DNA from: a bacterium
GTDB lineage: Bacteria > Margulisbacteria > Marinamargulisbacteria > GCA-2716485 > JAYNIM01
DNA: 64,000 nt
Assembly: GCA_038109055.1 (NCBI GenBank)
Contig: JAYNIM010000001.1
Location: 199,045 to 263,044 of the forward strand
Direction of reading: 5' to 3'
Position 1 is the first letter of the stretch; each line of letters starts with the position of its first letter. The notes under the pieces are model-generated. The model did no database searches. It saw only the letters and a program-made list of their open reading frames with translations, and was not told the DNA's origin. Below, in pieces: positions 42,978 through 53,510 of this stretch. The position numbers were made by a program, and so were the translations under genes.

Positions 42978-44143
42978 GCGTCTCCTGCGACATTTACGGT
43001 TGTTCTACACATGTCTAGAACTCTGTCTACAGCTAGTAATATCCCGATCCCTTCTAAGGGTAGGTTTACTGCTTGAAGTACGATGATGAGTGTTATCAGA
43101 CCGGCACTTGGAATCCCTGCTGCCCCGATAGATGCTAGTATTGCTGTTAATGCCACTATTAGTTGTTCAGTTAGGGTTAGTTGTATATTGTATGCTTGAG
43201 CAATAAATAAGGCCGCCATCGCTTCGTATAGAGCTGTTCCGTCCATGTTTATTGTGGCTCCTAAAGGTGCTACAAAACTAGTTACTTTGTTTGATACGCC
43301 AATATTTTTTTCTAAACTTTCTATTGTGACGGGCAAGGTTGCGATACTACTGTCTGTTGAGAATGCGGTTGCTAATGCGGGGAAAAAGTTTACGAAGAAT
43401 TTTTTTGGTGAATATTTACCAAAAAAATATAGTATAATCGGAATTATTATCAATAGATGAATACTCAGAGCAACTATTACACTAAGCATGTATATAGCTA
43501 ATGGGCGTAAAGTTCCCAGGCCCATTTCACCTATTAGAGTAGCAATTAACGCAAAAACACCAATAGGCGCTAAGGTCATGATCCATTCCGTTATTTTTAA
43601 TATTACTTCGTTTAAAGCATTTACAAAGTCTAGTATTGGTTTTCCTGCTTTTCCCAAATAGTTAAGGGCCATCCCAAAAAATATTGTAAAAAAAATGATG
43701 CTTACCATATTTTCTTCTACTATTGCTTTGAAAAAGTTTTTAGGTATTATTTGTTCTATTATGGTAGTTAGATTCATTTTAGTGTTAGGTAACGTGTCTA
43801 TAATGCTTTGATCTATTATTAAATCTGCGTTTTTTCCTGGGTTAAAGAGGTTAATGATTGTTAAGCCAATGATGACCGCTATTAACGAGGTGATGATGTA
43901 GTAGATAAACGTCTTGCTTCCTAATCTACCTAATGTTTTTATATTCCCAAGGCTTGTAATCCCTACGATCAATGTCGCAAAAATGATTGGAATAATAATC
44001 ATATTTAATAGACGAATAAAAATTTCTGCTAAGGGTTTAAGAATTATGGCTTTTTCTTGTAGTAGTACTCCAACTGTTATTCCCATGATAATGGAAATGA
44101 TTATTTGAGTGTGAAGTTTTATGTTTAGGGATTCTAATTTCAT
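42929..44143 (-). CDS. Dicarboxylate/amino acid:cation symporter (DAACS, GltP-like)
   Basis: AFSTDSS.ATLP, PLGATINMDGTA, AVDRVLDMCRT.VNV.GD; true start at 44143 because the ORF track runs into the tRNA. Confidence 0.92.
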   Translation of the reverse strand: MKLESLNIKLHTQIIISIIMGITVGVLLQEKAIILKPLAEIFIRLLNMIIIPIIFATLIVGITSLGNIKTLGRLGSKTFIYYIITSLIAVIIGLTIINLFNPGKNADLIIDQSIIDTLPNTKMNLTTIIEQIIPKNFFKAIVEENMVSIIFFTIFFGMALNYLGKAGKPILDFVNALNEVILKITEWIMTLAPIGVFALIATLIGEMGLGTLRPLAIYMLSVIVALSIHLLIIIPIILYFFGKYSPKKFFVNFFPALATAFSTDSSIATLPVTIESLEKNIGVSNKVTSFVAPLGATINMDGTALYEAMAALFIAQAYNIQLTLTEQLIVALTAILASIGAAGIPSAGLITLIIVLQAVNLPLEGIGILLAVDRVLDMCRTTVNVAGDACGSIVIAKMEGERFK

Positions 44144-44151
44144 ATTATATT

Positions 44152-44224
44152 TGATCCGGGTGGGGGTCGAACCCACGACCACCTGATTAAAAGTCAGGTG
44201 CTCTACCAACTGAGCTACCGGATC
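44152..44224 (-). tRNA. tRNA-Lys(TTT), CCA not encoded
   Basis: GATCCGGTAGCTCAGTTGGTAGAGCACCTGACTTTTAATCAGG..GGTTCGACCC..CCGGATCA. Confidence 0.95.
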
Positions 44225-44233
44225 TAATGATAT

Positions 44234-44262
44234 ATAATAGCAAATTTTTTATTAGGTCTCAA
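44234..44262 (-). promoter_or_regulatory. Sigma-70 promoter for tRNA-Lys
   Basis: Minus strand TTGAGA-17 nt-TATTAT with TGn extended -10. Confidence 0.55.
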
Positions 44263-44276
44263 ACAGTCTGATTAAA

Positions 44277-46658
44277 TTATTTATGATGATTTAAATAAGT
44301 ATCTAATGGAAAACTATCTACTTCTATAAGATCTTTTTTCATTTCTTCAATTTTTTTCATTTCTTTAAATTCTTTTAAAGAAATAAGATTGCTTTTAAGT
44401 GCCATTTCTAGTGAATTTTTATTTCTTGTTATTTGTTTTGATTTTTTAGCTTTTTTTATTTTGTTTATCACTTCTTCCATATTTTTTATCTTTTTTATAG
44501 CTGATTCCAATTTATTCAATTGATCACTTTGATTTTTTGATACAAAGGTTCCTTGGCAAATCTTTTCTCTTAATTTTGTTGGATTTTGAATACTTCTTGC
44601 TAGTTCAAAGTCTGTTTTATCTAGTGTTCGGGTCCCTATAGGGAAAAGTCTTAATAAAATTAAAGGTAGTTTAAATAGTATCCCTCTGTTTAAAAATATT
44701 TCTTCAAACGCAGATTGAATTTCTGCGAAGGCTTTATCCATACTCCATATCAAATACTCTAGCTCTTCTTCATTTTTACTTTTTTGGTAATACCACATTG
44801 TTGCAGTTGCTAGATATAGCCACGATAAAATGTCTGCAAATCTACCCGTTATTTTTTCTTTTCGTTTAAGGTTACCTCCTTCTAAACCCATAATACAATC
44901 TGCGAAAAACGCAAACATACTCGATGCCCATTTTAATTTTTGTATGTTTCTTCCTAACGTTCCTTTAAACTCTTTTTTTGCTAATTTTCCTTTTGTTAAA
45001 CTTAATAGAATGTAGCGTGTCTTATTACTTAAGATATGTCCAATATGCTTGAATAAGTAATAATCAAATTTATCTATGTTATTTTCTTCTAGAGAAGTAA
45101 TTAACTTATAAATATATGGATGGCAACGTATAGCTCCCTGACCAAAGATCATTAATGTTCTTGTTAAAATGTTTGCACCTTCGACCGTAATACTGATTGG
45201 TGATGATAAATATCCATGTGCTAAAAGATTTTTGGGTCCTTTTGATATAGCTGCACCACCTAATATATCCATTCCATGATTGATACACTTTCTATATTCT
45301 TCAGTTGTATGATATTTCATAATGGCTGAAATTATGGCTGGTTTTTCTCCATTATCTAGCGGTATACATGTATATTGTCTTGCTGATTCCATTATATATG
45401 ACATACCGGCAATATAGGCTAATGGTTCTTGTATACCTTCAAATTTGCCTATGTTTAAACCAAACTGTTCTCGGATGGACGCATATGAGCTAGATATTCT
45501 TGCTGTTTGCTGTATGCCTGCCGTACACGTTGCGGGCAAAGATATTCCTCTACCTGCTGCTAAACATTCCATCAACATTTTCCATCCCTTACCAAGTCCC
45601 TTTTCTTCTCCAATTACATCTGAAATTGATATTATGATATCTTGCCCTTCTATAGGACAATTATAAAATGGGACTCCAAGTGGGTCATGACGCTTTTCTT
45701 TAATGATGCCTTTTGTGCTGCTACGTATTAGTGCACAGGTAATTCCAATGTCTACTTTTTCGCTTATTAATTTTTCGGGGTCTCTAAGTTTAAATGCGAG
45801 ACCTAATATGGTTGAAATCGCAGCTAATGATATATATCTTTTTTTGAAGTTTATTTTGATTTTAATTTTATTATCTTTGTCTTTGAATACAATCCCTTCT
45901 GACTGCATAGCGCCAGCGTCGGAGCCAGCTGGTGTTTCTGTTAATGCGAAGCAAGGTATTTCGTTTCCATTGGCAAGATTCTTTAAATATTTTTCTTTTT
46001 GTTTGTCTGTTCCATAGTGAGCAATTAGTTCAGCTGGGCCCAGTGAATTTGGTACCATTACTGTTATACTTAAGGGACTGGATCTAGAGGCTATTTTTTT
46101 TATTATTTCACTGTGTGCTCTTGCAGAAAATCCTAGTCCCCCATATTTTTTTTCAATACAAAGCCCAAAAAATTTCTCTTTTTTTAAGTAATCCCAAATT
46201 TCTTTTGAAAACTCTCTATTTTTATGTACTTCCCAGTCATTTGTCATTTCACATAATTTTTCGGTTTGATTATTTAAAAATGATTTTTCTTCTTTCGATA
46301 ATTGAATGTTTTTTTGAGATATCATTTTTTTAATATTTGGTTTTCCCGAAAATAGTTCTGCGTCCATCCATACTGAACCTGCTTCTATAGCTGTTTTTTC
46401 TGTGTCTGATATTTTGGGTAGTATATTTAGCGCTTTTAATGTTTTTAATATCGGATATGAGATAAGATATCGTCTTATTTGTTTAATATTTATACATAGT
46501 ATGACTAAACTAAGTATAGTTAGTAAAAGTATTGATTCATTCAAGAGCACTATGGCTGTGATGCAAATTATTGAAAAATAAAATAGACTGTATTTTTTAT
46601 ATAATCCTGTTGTTATTAAAATCAGTAAGATAATTAATATACTTGTTGTTTCGTCCAT
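44277..46658 (-). CDS. fadE: Acyl-CoA dehydrogenase, FadE type
   Basis: ISDTEKTAIEAG, MVPNSLGPAEL, PCFALTE..AGSDAG, GRGISLP, ITVEGANILTR. Confidence 0.93.
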   Translation of the reverse strand: MDETTSILIILLILITTGLYKKYSLFYFSIICITAIVLLNESILLLTILSLVILCINIKQIRRYLISYPILKTLKALNILPKISDTEKTAIEAGSVWMDAELFSGKPNIKKMISQKNIQLSKEEKSFLNNQTEKLCEMTNDWEVHKNREFSKEIWDYLKKEKFFGLCIEKKYGGLGFSARAHSEIIKKIASRSSPLSITVMVPNSLGPAELIAHYGTDKQKEKYLKNLANGNEIPCFALTETPAGSDAGAMQSEGIVFKDKDNKIKIKINFKKRYISLAAISTILGLAFKLRDPEKLISEKVDIGITCALIRSSTKGIIKEKRHDPLGVPFYNCPIEGQDIIISISDVIGEEKGLGKGWKMLMECLAAGRGISLPATCTAGIQQTARISSSYASIREQFGLNIGKFEGIQEPLAYIAGMSYIMESARQYTCIPLDNGEKPAIISAIMKYHTTEEYRKCINHGMDILGGAAISKGPKNLLAHGYLSSPISITVEGANILTRTLMIFGQGAIRCHPYIYKLITSLEENNIDKFDYYLFKHIGHILSNKTRYILLSLTKGKLAKKEFKGTLGRNIQKLKWASSMFAFFADCIMGLEGGNLKRKEKITGRFADILSWLYLATATMWYYQKSKNEEELEYLIWSMDKAFAEIQSAFEEIFLNRGILFKLPLILLRLFPIGTRTLDKTDFELARSIQNPTKLREKICQGTFVSKNQSDQLNKLESAIKKIKNMEEVINKIKKAKKSKQITRNKNSLEMALKSNLISLKEFKEMKKIEEMKKDLIEVDSFPLDTYLNHHK

Positions 46659-46671
46659 TTATACTCCTTTA

Positions 46672-48783
46672 TTAGTTGTATAATTTCTCTTTTTTTTCTT
46701 CTAATTCAATTAATTTTTTTGATGGCTTAAATCTTTCTCCATATGTTTTTGCCAAATATTCTAATTTTCTTATGATTTGGCTTACTCCTTCCTGATCAAT
46801 AAATCTACACGGGCCCCCTCTAAAAGGAGGATAGCCTGTCCCTAAAATCATTGCATAATCTAGAGCTTCTACAGTTTCAACTACTTTTTCATCCAAGCAT
46901 TTCATAGACTCATTGATCATTGATAATACTAATCGATCTAGGCAGTCTTTATGTATGTTTGTATATTTTGTGACCTTTTTTTTGTCCCTTACGTAGTTAT
47001 ATATTTTTTTATTAATCTTTTTCTTTTTATTTTTATATATATAAAAACCTTGTTTACTTTTTTTGCCTCTTAGGTCTCTATTTTTAATAATTTTTTCAAA
47101 ACTATCAGCTACTTTCATCCGTTTTCCATATCCTTTTTCTAAAACCTTTGCTACTTTATATCCAATATCTATCCCTACTTCATCTGCTAGTCTTAATGGG
47201 CCTAAAGGCATACCAAAATGTTCCATCAAGGTGTCTATTTCTTCAATTTCAGCTCCGTCTTCTAAACATAAGATTGCTTCATTAACATAGGGTATTAATA
47301 TTCTATTGATTAGAAATCCTGGACAATCTTTTACAATGATGGGGGTTTTATTAAGTCTTCTAGTTAATTGGATTGTTTTTTCTAGTGTTTCCTTACTGGT
47401 CTTTTGGCCTGCTATAACTTCGACAAGTGGCATACGATTAACTGGACTAAAGAAATGTAAGCCAATTAATCTTTCTGGGTTTTGTAAGGAATTGCCTATT
47501 TCTGTTATGGATAATGAAGATGTGTTTGTTGCGATTATTCCGTTTCTGTTTTTTTGTTCTACTTCTTTTAATAATTTCTTTTTTAGTAATATGTCCTCAA
47601 ATACTGCCTCTATAATAATGTCATTTTTTTCTATGCCATTATAATTAATATCTCCATTTATGTTGTACATAAATTGTTGAATGTCTCTTTCTTTCCATCT
47701 CTTTCTTTTTTTTATACTTTTGTAAATGTTGTAGATAGAATTTAGTCCCTTGCTTACATTTGCCCATTCTATATCTTTTATTGTTGTATTGATTCCTTTA
47801 TAGCTTAGTGTCCAAGCAATTCCTGATCCCATTAATCCTGAGCCAATTACATAACTGTTTAAGGTTTTATCATGTTGAGGATGATCTCTGTAGAGTTTAT
47901 TTATCTTTTCTTGAGTGAAAAACAAATTGATTAAGTTTTTAGATATTTGATTATTGGATAGCTTAATAAACGCATTGGTTTCTATCTTTAGACCTCTCTC
48001 AAAAGAGAGATTAATGCTTTTTTGTATTACATCTAATGCAGCTATTGGGGCTGGATATTGTCCATTTGTTTTTTTATTTATATTTCTTCTTGTCAGATTA
48101 ATGATTAGATTTTGTACAATGGGATTTCTGTCTTCAATTTTTTTCTTTCTTTTTTTCTTTCTTTTTTTAGTGGGTATATTTTTTACAAATTCCATTAAAT
48201 GCTCTTCAAAAAATGTTTCGTTGATCATTTTATCTATTAATTTAATTTTTCTCGCTTTTTTTATGTTTATACTTTTACCGCTAATGATCATTTTCAATGC
48301 TTCTTTAAGACCTATAATTTCTGGTAATCGTTGTGTGCCTCCAAACCCTGGTATGATCCCTAGATTAACTTCAGGGCAACCCAATTGTGTTTTTGGATGG
48401 TCACTTGCGACTCTGTAATCGCAGGCTAATGCCAGTTCTAAGCCTCCTCCTAAGCAAGCGCCTTGAATGGCTGCTATTGTAGGGACTTTTATTTTTTCTA
48501 ATTTCGTTAAAATCCTGTTAGCTTTTTTTAATTTTTCTCGTGTTTCGTTTTCTGTTTTAAGTTCTTGAATCTCTTTTATATCTGCGCCAGCTATAAAAAT
48601 ATTTTTTTTCGAACTTCTAATAACTAATTTCTTTATTTTATTGTCTTTCTCTACTTCAGATAATAATTGATCTAAATTTTCTAATGTTTCTGCGTTTAGT
48701 TTATTTACTTTTTCTTCTTTTAAATTTATATCTAATATTGCGATATTATCTTTATGTTTTATGAGTGAAATATTTTTCGACAT
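46672..48783 (-). CDS. fadJ: Fatty-acid oxidation complex alpha subunit (enoyl-CoA hydratase + 3-hydroxyacyl-CoA dehydrogenase)
   Basis: FIAGADI, CLGGGLELALAC, PEVNLG, GSGLMGSGI, TNTSSL, HFFSPV; ATG at 48783. Confidence 0.9.
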   Translation of the reverse strand: MSKNISLIKHKDNIAILDINLKEEKVNKLNAETLENLDQLLSEVEKDNKIKKLVIRSSKKNIFIAGADIKEIQELKTENETREKLKKANRILTKLEKIKVPTIAAIQGACLGGGLELALACDYRVASDHPKTQLGCPEVNLGIIPGFGGTQRLPEIIGLKEALKMIISGKSINIKKARKIKLIDKMINETFFEEHLMEFVKNIPTKKRKKKRKKKIEDRNPIVQNLIINLTRRNINKKTNGQYPAPIAALDVIQKSINLSFERGLKIETNAFIKLSNNQISKNLINLFFTQEKINKLYRDHPQHDKTLNSYVIGSGLMGSGIAWTLSYKGINTTIKDIEWANVSKGLNSIYNIYKSIKKRKRWKERDIQQFMYNINGDINYNGIEKNDIIIEAVFEDILLKKKLLKEVEQKNRNGIIATNTSSLSITEIGNSLQNPERLIGLHFFSPVNRMPLVEVIAGQKTSKETLEKTIQLTRRLNKTPIIVKDCPGFLINRILIPYVNEAILCLEDGAEIEEIDTLMEHFGMPLGPLRLADEVGIDIGYKVAKVLEKGYGKRMKVADSFEKIIKNRDLRGKKSKQGFYIYKNKKKKINKKIYNYVRDKKKVTKYTNIHKDCLDRLVLSMINESMKCLDEKVVETVEALDYAMILGTGYPPFRGGPCRFIDQEGVSQIIRKLEYLAKTYGERFKPSKKLIELEEKKEKLYN

Positions 48784-50078
48784 TAGTTTGACTCCAATAA
48801 AAATGCTGCGCCTTGGCCTCCCCCTACACAAAGTGTTGCAATTCCAGATTGTTTTCTTTGTCTTTTTAATTCTTTTAGTAATGTTAATATAAGACGTGTT
48901 CCACTTGTTCCTACCGGATGTCCTAATGCTATAGCCCCTCCGTTTACATTAAGTTTATTAGGGTCTATTTCACCTAATGCTTCTTTTTCATTTAATTCTT
49001 CTTCTGCAAATTTTTTGGACTCAAATGCCTTTAGATTTCCAATAACCTGTGCTGCAAATGCTTCGTTTATTTCTATTAAATCAATATCTTTTAATTTTCT
49101 ATCTGTTTTTTTAAGTAATTTATGTGTTGCATATATTGGGCCTAAACCCATTTTTTTGGGGTCTAAACCTGCGTAGCAAAAATCATTTATGTAGCCTAAA
49201 ACGTTTAGATTTTCTTTTTTTGCATTTGTTTCTGTCATTAATCCTAGCATTGCAGCTCCATCTGTAATTGGACATGCATTTCCGACAGTGACTGTCCATT
49301 TTTCTTTTTAATAAAATTTTTTTAGATTATCTAAAGATTATTAAGTTTGTTCTTTCCTTGGCCCATCATCTTTTGTGAGTATTTTACTGTAATTGGGGAG
49401 TGTAGGTATTGGACATATTTCTTCTTTTCTATTTGCTTCGCCCTTTATTGCTTTTTGATGACTTTCTAAAGAGTATCGGTCTTGTTCTTCTCTAGTAATT
49501 TTAAATTCTCGCACTATGTTTTCTGCTGTTATCCCCATAATCATATTGCATGTTGGATCTGTTAATCCTTGAATAAGACCTATTATTGGTTTTAAATATT
49601 TTAGTTTTATATGTTTGATAATTTTCAGTTTTTGTTTGATTGTTTTTGCTTTTGATAAGCTTTCCAATATATATTTCAATTCTGGGGTAAATAGGAATGG
49701 AATATTGCTCATTGATTCTGTTCCCCCTGCTATGATTAGCTTTGCATCATTGCATCGTAGTTTATAAGCTGCCGATGAGACTGATTCCATTCCTGACGCA
49801 CAATATCTATGTACATTAAAATCCGGTATTTCTTTGTTTAATCCTGCATTTAATGCAATTACTCGTGCAATATTTGCAGCATGAGCTGGTTGTGCAACAT
49901 TTCCTATTATTACTTCATCTATTTTACTTTTATCTATCCATTCTTCTTTTAGCAATTCTTTTAGTACGTGCGTGCCTAAATTATCTGCGCTTGACTTACT
50001 TAAGTCTCCACCGGCCTTGATAAATGGTGATCTTACCCCAGCTACTACCGCTATTCTTTCTTTTCTATCTTTTTTCAT
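48783..50078 (-). pseudogene. fadI: 3-ketoacyl-CoA thiolase interrupted by three in-frame TAA stops (pseudogene or sequence error)
   Basis: N-part NIARV..CASG and C-part EINEAFA, GGAIALGHPVG, CVGGGQG are in the same frame; the junction reads QT**SLDNLKKFY*KEKWTVTVGNAC. Confidence 0.85.
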
Positions 50079-51816
50079 TATATAAATACTCTATTTGTTT
50101 TTTATTTTTATCTGTTATTATCTTCCTTTTTGGTTTAAGGGTAGGTGTTAACTCCCCATTCTCTTGTGTGAATTCACCTTTTATAATTGCAAATTTTTTA
50201 ATTTTCTTATAATTAGAGTCCCTTTTTTGTTTTTCTGATATTTCGTTTTCTATTTTCTTTATTATTTCTTCTTTTTGGATTAAATCTTCATATAAATCAT
50301 ATGAAATTTTATTTTCAATAGCAAATTTGATGATATTTTCTTTATCTATCACAACTAATGCTGTTAAATATGGCTTTTTATTACCTATTATTACTATTTG
50401 AGAGATATAGGGTGATGTTTTTATTGCTTCTTCTATCACTTGTGGAGCTATATTTTTTCCTGTCGATAATATGATGATATCTTTTTTTCTATCTATAATT
50501 TTTATATATCCTTCTTTATCAATTTCTGCTATGTCTCCTGTATGTAACCAACCATCTTTATCTATTTTTACAATGGTATTTTCTTTTAAGTTTAAATAGC
50601 CCCTCATGATATGAGGGCCCTTAACACATAACTCATTCTCCTCACTTAATTTTATCTTTGAACAATCTAAAGCTTTTCCCACTGTTCCAAATTTGAAGGC
50701 TTTTGGGTGATTACAACTGATGACAGGTGATGATTCTGTTAGGCCGTAACCTTCTATAATTAATATTCCTAAACCATAGAAAAACTCTGCTAAAGTTTTA
50801 TTTAATGGGGCACCTCCTGATACAAAAAATTTTAATGCGCCTCCTGTTTTCTTTTTAATTTTTGAATAAACCAGTTTATTTGCTATTGCTAGGCAAATAG
50901 TATCGATTAATTTTTTCTTTTTTTTATGTCTTATTTTCTTTCCTATGTTTAGCGACCAGTTAAAAATTCTCTTTTTTATGGGGGGTAAATTGTTTAGTAT
51001 TTTATTTTGCATTTTTTCGTATAATCTGGGTACGCTAATCATGACAGTTGGGCTACATTCGAGCATATTTTTTGATATGCTTTCTATATTTTCTGCGTAA
51101 TAAATCTCCCCCCCTAAGGCTAGTAACGTATAGTACCCTGCTGTTCTCTCGAATACATGGGATAAGGGTAAAAAGGATAGCACTCGCTCATTGTTAGTTA
51201 GTGGGAGTCGTTTTACTATACTTTCTATGTTACTTAAAAAATTCCCATGACTTAATTGTACGCCTTTTGGTGGCCCAGTAGTTCCTGACGTGTATACGAT
51301 ACTAGCAATCGTTTCTCTGTTTAATTTTTTGATGTCGTTTTCGTAGGTTGTTTTATTTTTTCCTTCTATTAATTGATTAAAACTTTTTGTTTTGCCTTCT
51401 TTTTCTTGATCTAATGCGATTATTATAATCTCTTTTGAATAGCTGATAATGTCTTTGCTTAAGCTTTTATGGTTTTTAAGTTCTGTGATGATACATTTAC
51501 TTTGAGAATGTTTTAAAATATAAAGTATTTCTTTATTACTTAGCGTTGGGTAAATGGGCACGACGCTGCAGCCTATAGATAGTATAGCAAGGTCACTTAT
51601 AACCCATTCAGGTCTATTATTTGCTAGTAGTGCAACTGAGTCCTTTTCTTTTAAGTTTAATTTTTTTAAAGAGTCAGCCAGATTTTTTACTTTTTCTCTT
51701 AGCTCCTTGTATGTTAACCTAGTGTAGGTTGTTCCTTCTTTGTGGTAAAGGGCCCCTTTTGTGGGGTTTTTCTTGTAATTTTTTTCTAATAATTCTAATA
51801 GATTTTCGTATTTCAT
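50065..51816 (-). CDS. fadD: Long-chain fatty-acid--CoA ligase
   Basis: YTSGTTGPPKG, LPLSHVFER, EGYGLTE, WLHTGD, DRKKD. Confidence 0.93.
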   Translation of the reverse strand: MKYENLLELLEKNYKKNPTKGALYHKEGTTYTRLTYKELREKVKNLADSLKKLNLKEKDSVALLANNRPEWVISDLAILSIGCSVVPIYPTLSNKEILYILKHSQSKCIITELKNHKSLSKDIISYSKEIIIIALDQEKEGKTKSFNQLIEGKNKTTYENDIKKLNRETIASIVYTSGTTGPPKGVQLSHGNFLSNIESIVKRLPLTNNERVLSFLPLSHVFERTAGYYTLLALGGEIYYAENIESISKNMLECSPTVMISVPRLYEKMQNKILNNLPPIKKRIFNWSLNIGKKIRHKKKKKLIDTICLAIANKLVYSKIKKKTGGALKFFVSGGAPLNKTLAEFFYGLGILIIEGYGLTESSPVISCNHPKAFKFGTVGKALDCSKIKLSEENELCVKGPHIMRGYLNLKENTIVKIDKDGWLHTGDIAEIDKEGYIKIIDRKKDIIILSTGKNIAPQVIEEAIKTSPYISQIVIIGNKKPYLTALVVIDKENIIKFAIENKISYDLYEDLIQKEEIIKKIENEISEKQKRDSNYKKIKKFAIIKGEFTQENGELTPTLKPKRKIITDKNKKQIEYLYNEKR

Positions 51817-51877
51817 CCTATAATATATTTACCCTCTTTTTTTATATTTTAAACGCTTGTAATTAAGTGGTTATTTA

Positions 51878-52303
51878 TTGTTTTTTTTAACTCTTTTTGT
51901 TACTCTAATAAACATGATTAAGAATGTAAGTACTCCACTACTTATCAAATATATCATAGTTTTTTTTGGTATAAACTTTTTTTTCATGTTACCTAAAGAA
52001 TATAGTATTAAACTCTTTTTTTATTCTGGGGTCTTTTTTTTAGGTTATATTTCTAAACATATCCTTCATACTTACGTATTAAGGACGAAGAAGCCAGTTA
52101 AAACTCCCAAAAAAAGTATTCATCTAAAACGTGTCGATTCTTTTGTGAATTCACAATCAATTGATCCCAAGGCATTACTTTCTTTTCCTTTTGACAATTA
52201 TGAGTCCCAATCTTTTGCTCCCCCTATTTCTGATGATTCTTTAATGTATAAAACCATGCTTAGTTCTAATTTTTTTGCTCGTAATTTTCTGAATTTTAAC
52301 TAG
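51878..52303 (+). CDS. Hypothetical membrane protein
   Basis: ORF with hydrophobic N-terminal half directly upstream of tatC. Confidence 0.4.
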   Translation: MFFLTLFVTLINMIKNVSTPLLIKYIIVFFGINFFFMLPKEYSIKLFFYSGVFFLGYISKHILHTYVLRTKKPVKTPKKSIHLKRVDSFVNSQSIDPKALLSFPFDNYESQSFAPPISDDSLMYKTMLSSNFFARNFLNFN

Positions 52304-52307
52304 TGTT

Positions 52308-53042
52308 TTGGATCTATTGTCTCTGAGGTTACATCTAAAAGAATTAAAATATAGAGTTTTAATTTCTTTTTCTGTCTGGATTGTTCTTTCGTTCTGTTGT
52401 TATTTTTTTTATGATTTTTTTATTTTTTTGTTGCTTAATCCTTTTAGTGAAATAGATACCTTATTTTCTGATAAACTTTATGTTTCGAGCATTTTTGAAG
52501 GCTTTTTTACAAAATTAAAATGTTCATTATTTTTTGGTTTTATAACAGCCTTTCCATTTTTATTATTTCATTTTTTAAGATTTATTTTTCCCGCCCTAAA
52601 AGGTCATGAACGCCGTTTCTTATTTTTATTAATTTTTCCTTCATTTGCTTTGAGTTTGTTGGGTATTTACTTAATGTATTTTATTATTTTGCCTTATACA
52701 ATTCCTTTACTTACTAGTTCTGTTTTTGTGCCTGATAATATAGGTCTCTTGTTACATTTTCATGATAGTATATTTTACATCATCCAATTTATTTTTTTAG
52801 CGATGTTACTCTTTCAGTTTCCTATATTGCTTTTAATTTTGATTTATTTTAATTGCTTTACTTATACCCAATTATTCAAGTTCAGTCGTTATGTTGTTGT
52901 CTTTATTTTCATTGCTTCTGCATTTCTTACTCCTCCTGATTTGATTTCGCAGCTCAGTTTTGCCCTACCTCTTATTGTCATGTTTTTTACTTCTTTATTA
53001 ATTGCTAAAATTTTCGGTCTTGGAGAGCGCTACCGTGTTTAG
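52308..53042 (+). CDS. tatC: Twin-arginine translocase TatC
   Basis: HLKELKYR, FIFPAL..HE, FQFP, AFLTPPDLISQ. Confidence 0.92.
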   Translation: MDLLSLRLHLKELKYRVLISFSVWIVLSFCCYFFYDFFIFLLLNPFSEIDTLFSDKLYVSSIFEGFFTKLKCSLFFGFITAFPFLLFHFLRFIFPALKGHERRFLFLLIFPSFALSLLGIYLMYFIILPYTIPLLTSSVFVPDNIGLLLHFHDSIFYIIQFIFLAMLLFQFPILLLILIYFNCFTYTQLFKFSRYVVVFIFIASAFLTPPDLISQLSFALPLIVMFFTSLLIAKIFGLGERYRV

Positions 53043-53250
53043 TTTGGGTTTTGTTGAAATTTTTTTAATTTTAATTCTTATTTTGATTTTTGTGCGTCCT
53101 AGTGATTATCCGAAAATCTGTTTTTATATCGGACGTTATTATCAAAAAGTGTTAATTTTTAAATCTAAGATTTTAGACCTTTATTCTCAATTGTCACTTG
53201 ATTATGAGGACTCTCGTCGTTCTTCCACTAAAAACACTAAAGATTCTTGA
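53035..53250 (+). CDS. tatB: TatB/TatA-family subunit
   Basis: GTG start overlapping tatC; MFSLGFVEIFLILILILIFVRPSDYP..IGR. Confidence 0.65.
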   Translation: MFSLGFVEIFLILILILIFVRPSDYPKICFYIGRYYQKVLIFKSKILDLYSQLSLDYEDSRRSSTKNTKDS

Positions 53251-53307
53251 TGCACTTCATTTTTATACGTTTGAATCTTCATTCTTTTTTTGTTATAGTT
53301 TCAGATT

Positions 53308-53469
53308 ATGTTAGGTACAACTGAGTTAATTATAATAGCGTTGATTATATTCGTTCTTTTTGGAGCCGCGGCAATTCCTAAATTTGCTAAATCTTTAGGC
53401 TTAGCTAAAAAGGAATTTGAGTCAGGTCTCGCTTCTGATCCTAAAGATAAAGAATCAAAGGACAGTTAG
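53308..53469 (+). CDS. tatA: Twin-arginine translocase TatA (53 aa, below ORF-track cutoff)
   Basis: Manual translation MLGTTELIIIALIIFVLFGAAAIPKFAKSLGLAKKEFESG.. Confidence 0.9.
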   Translation: MLGTTELIIIALIIFVLFGAAAIPKFAKSLGLAKKEFESGLASDPKDKESKDS

Positions 53470-53510
53470 TTTAATCTGAACAGTTTTAATAGTCTAACGA
53501 CACACTTTTT

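Noticed and set aside
44144..44209. N-terminal extension of the symporter ORF (MVEHLTFNQ..)
   Set aside because: It is a translation of tRNA-Lys
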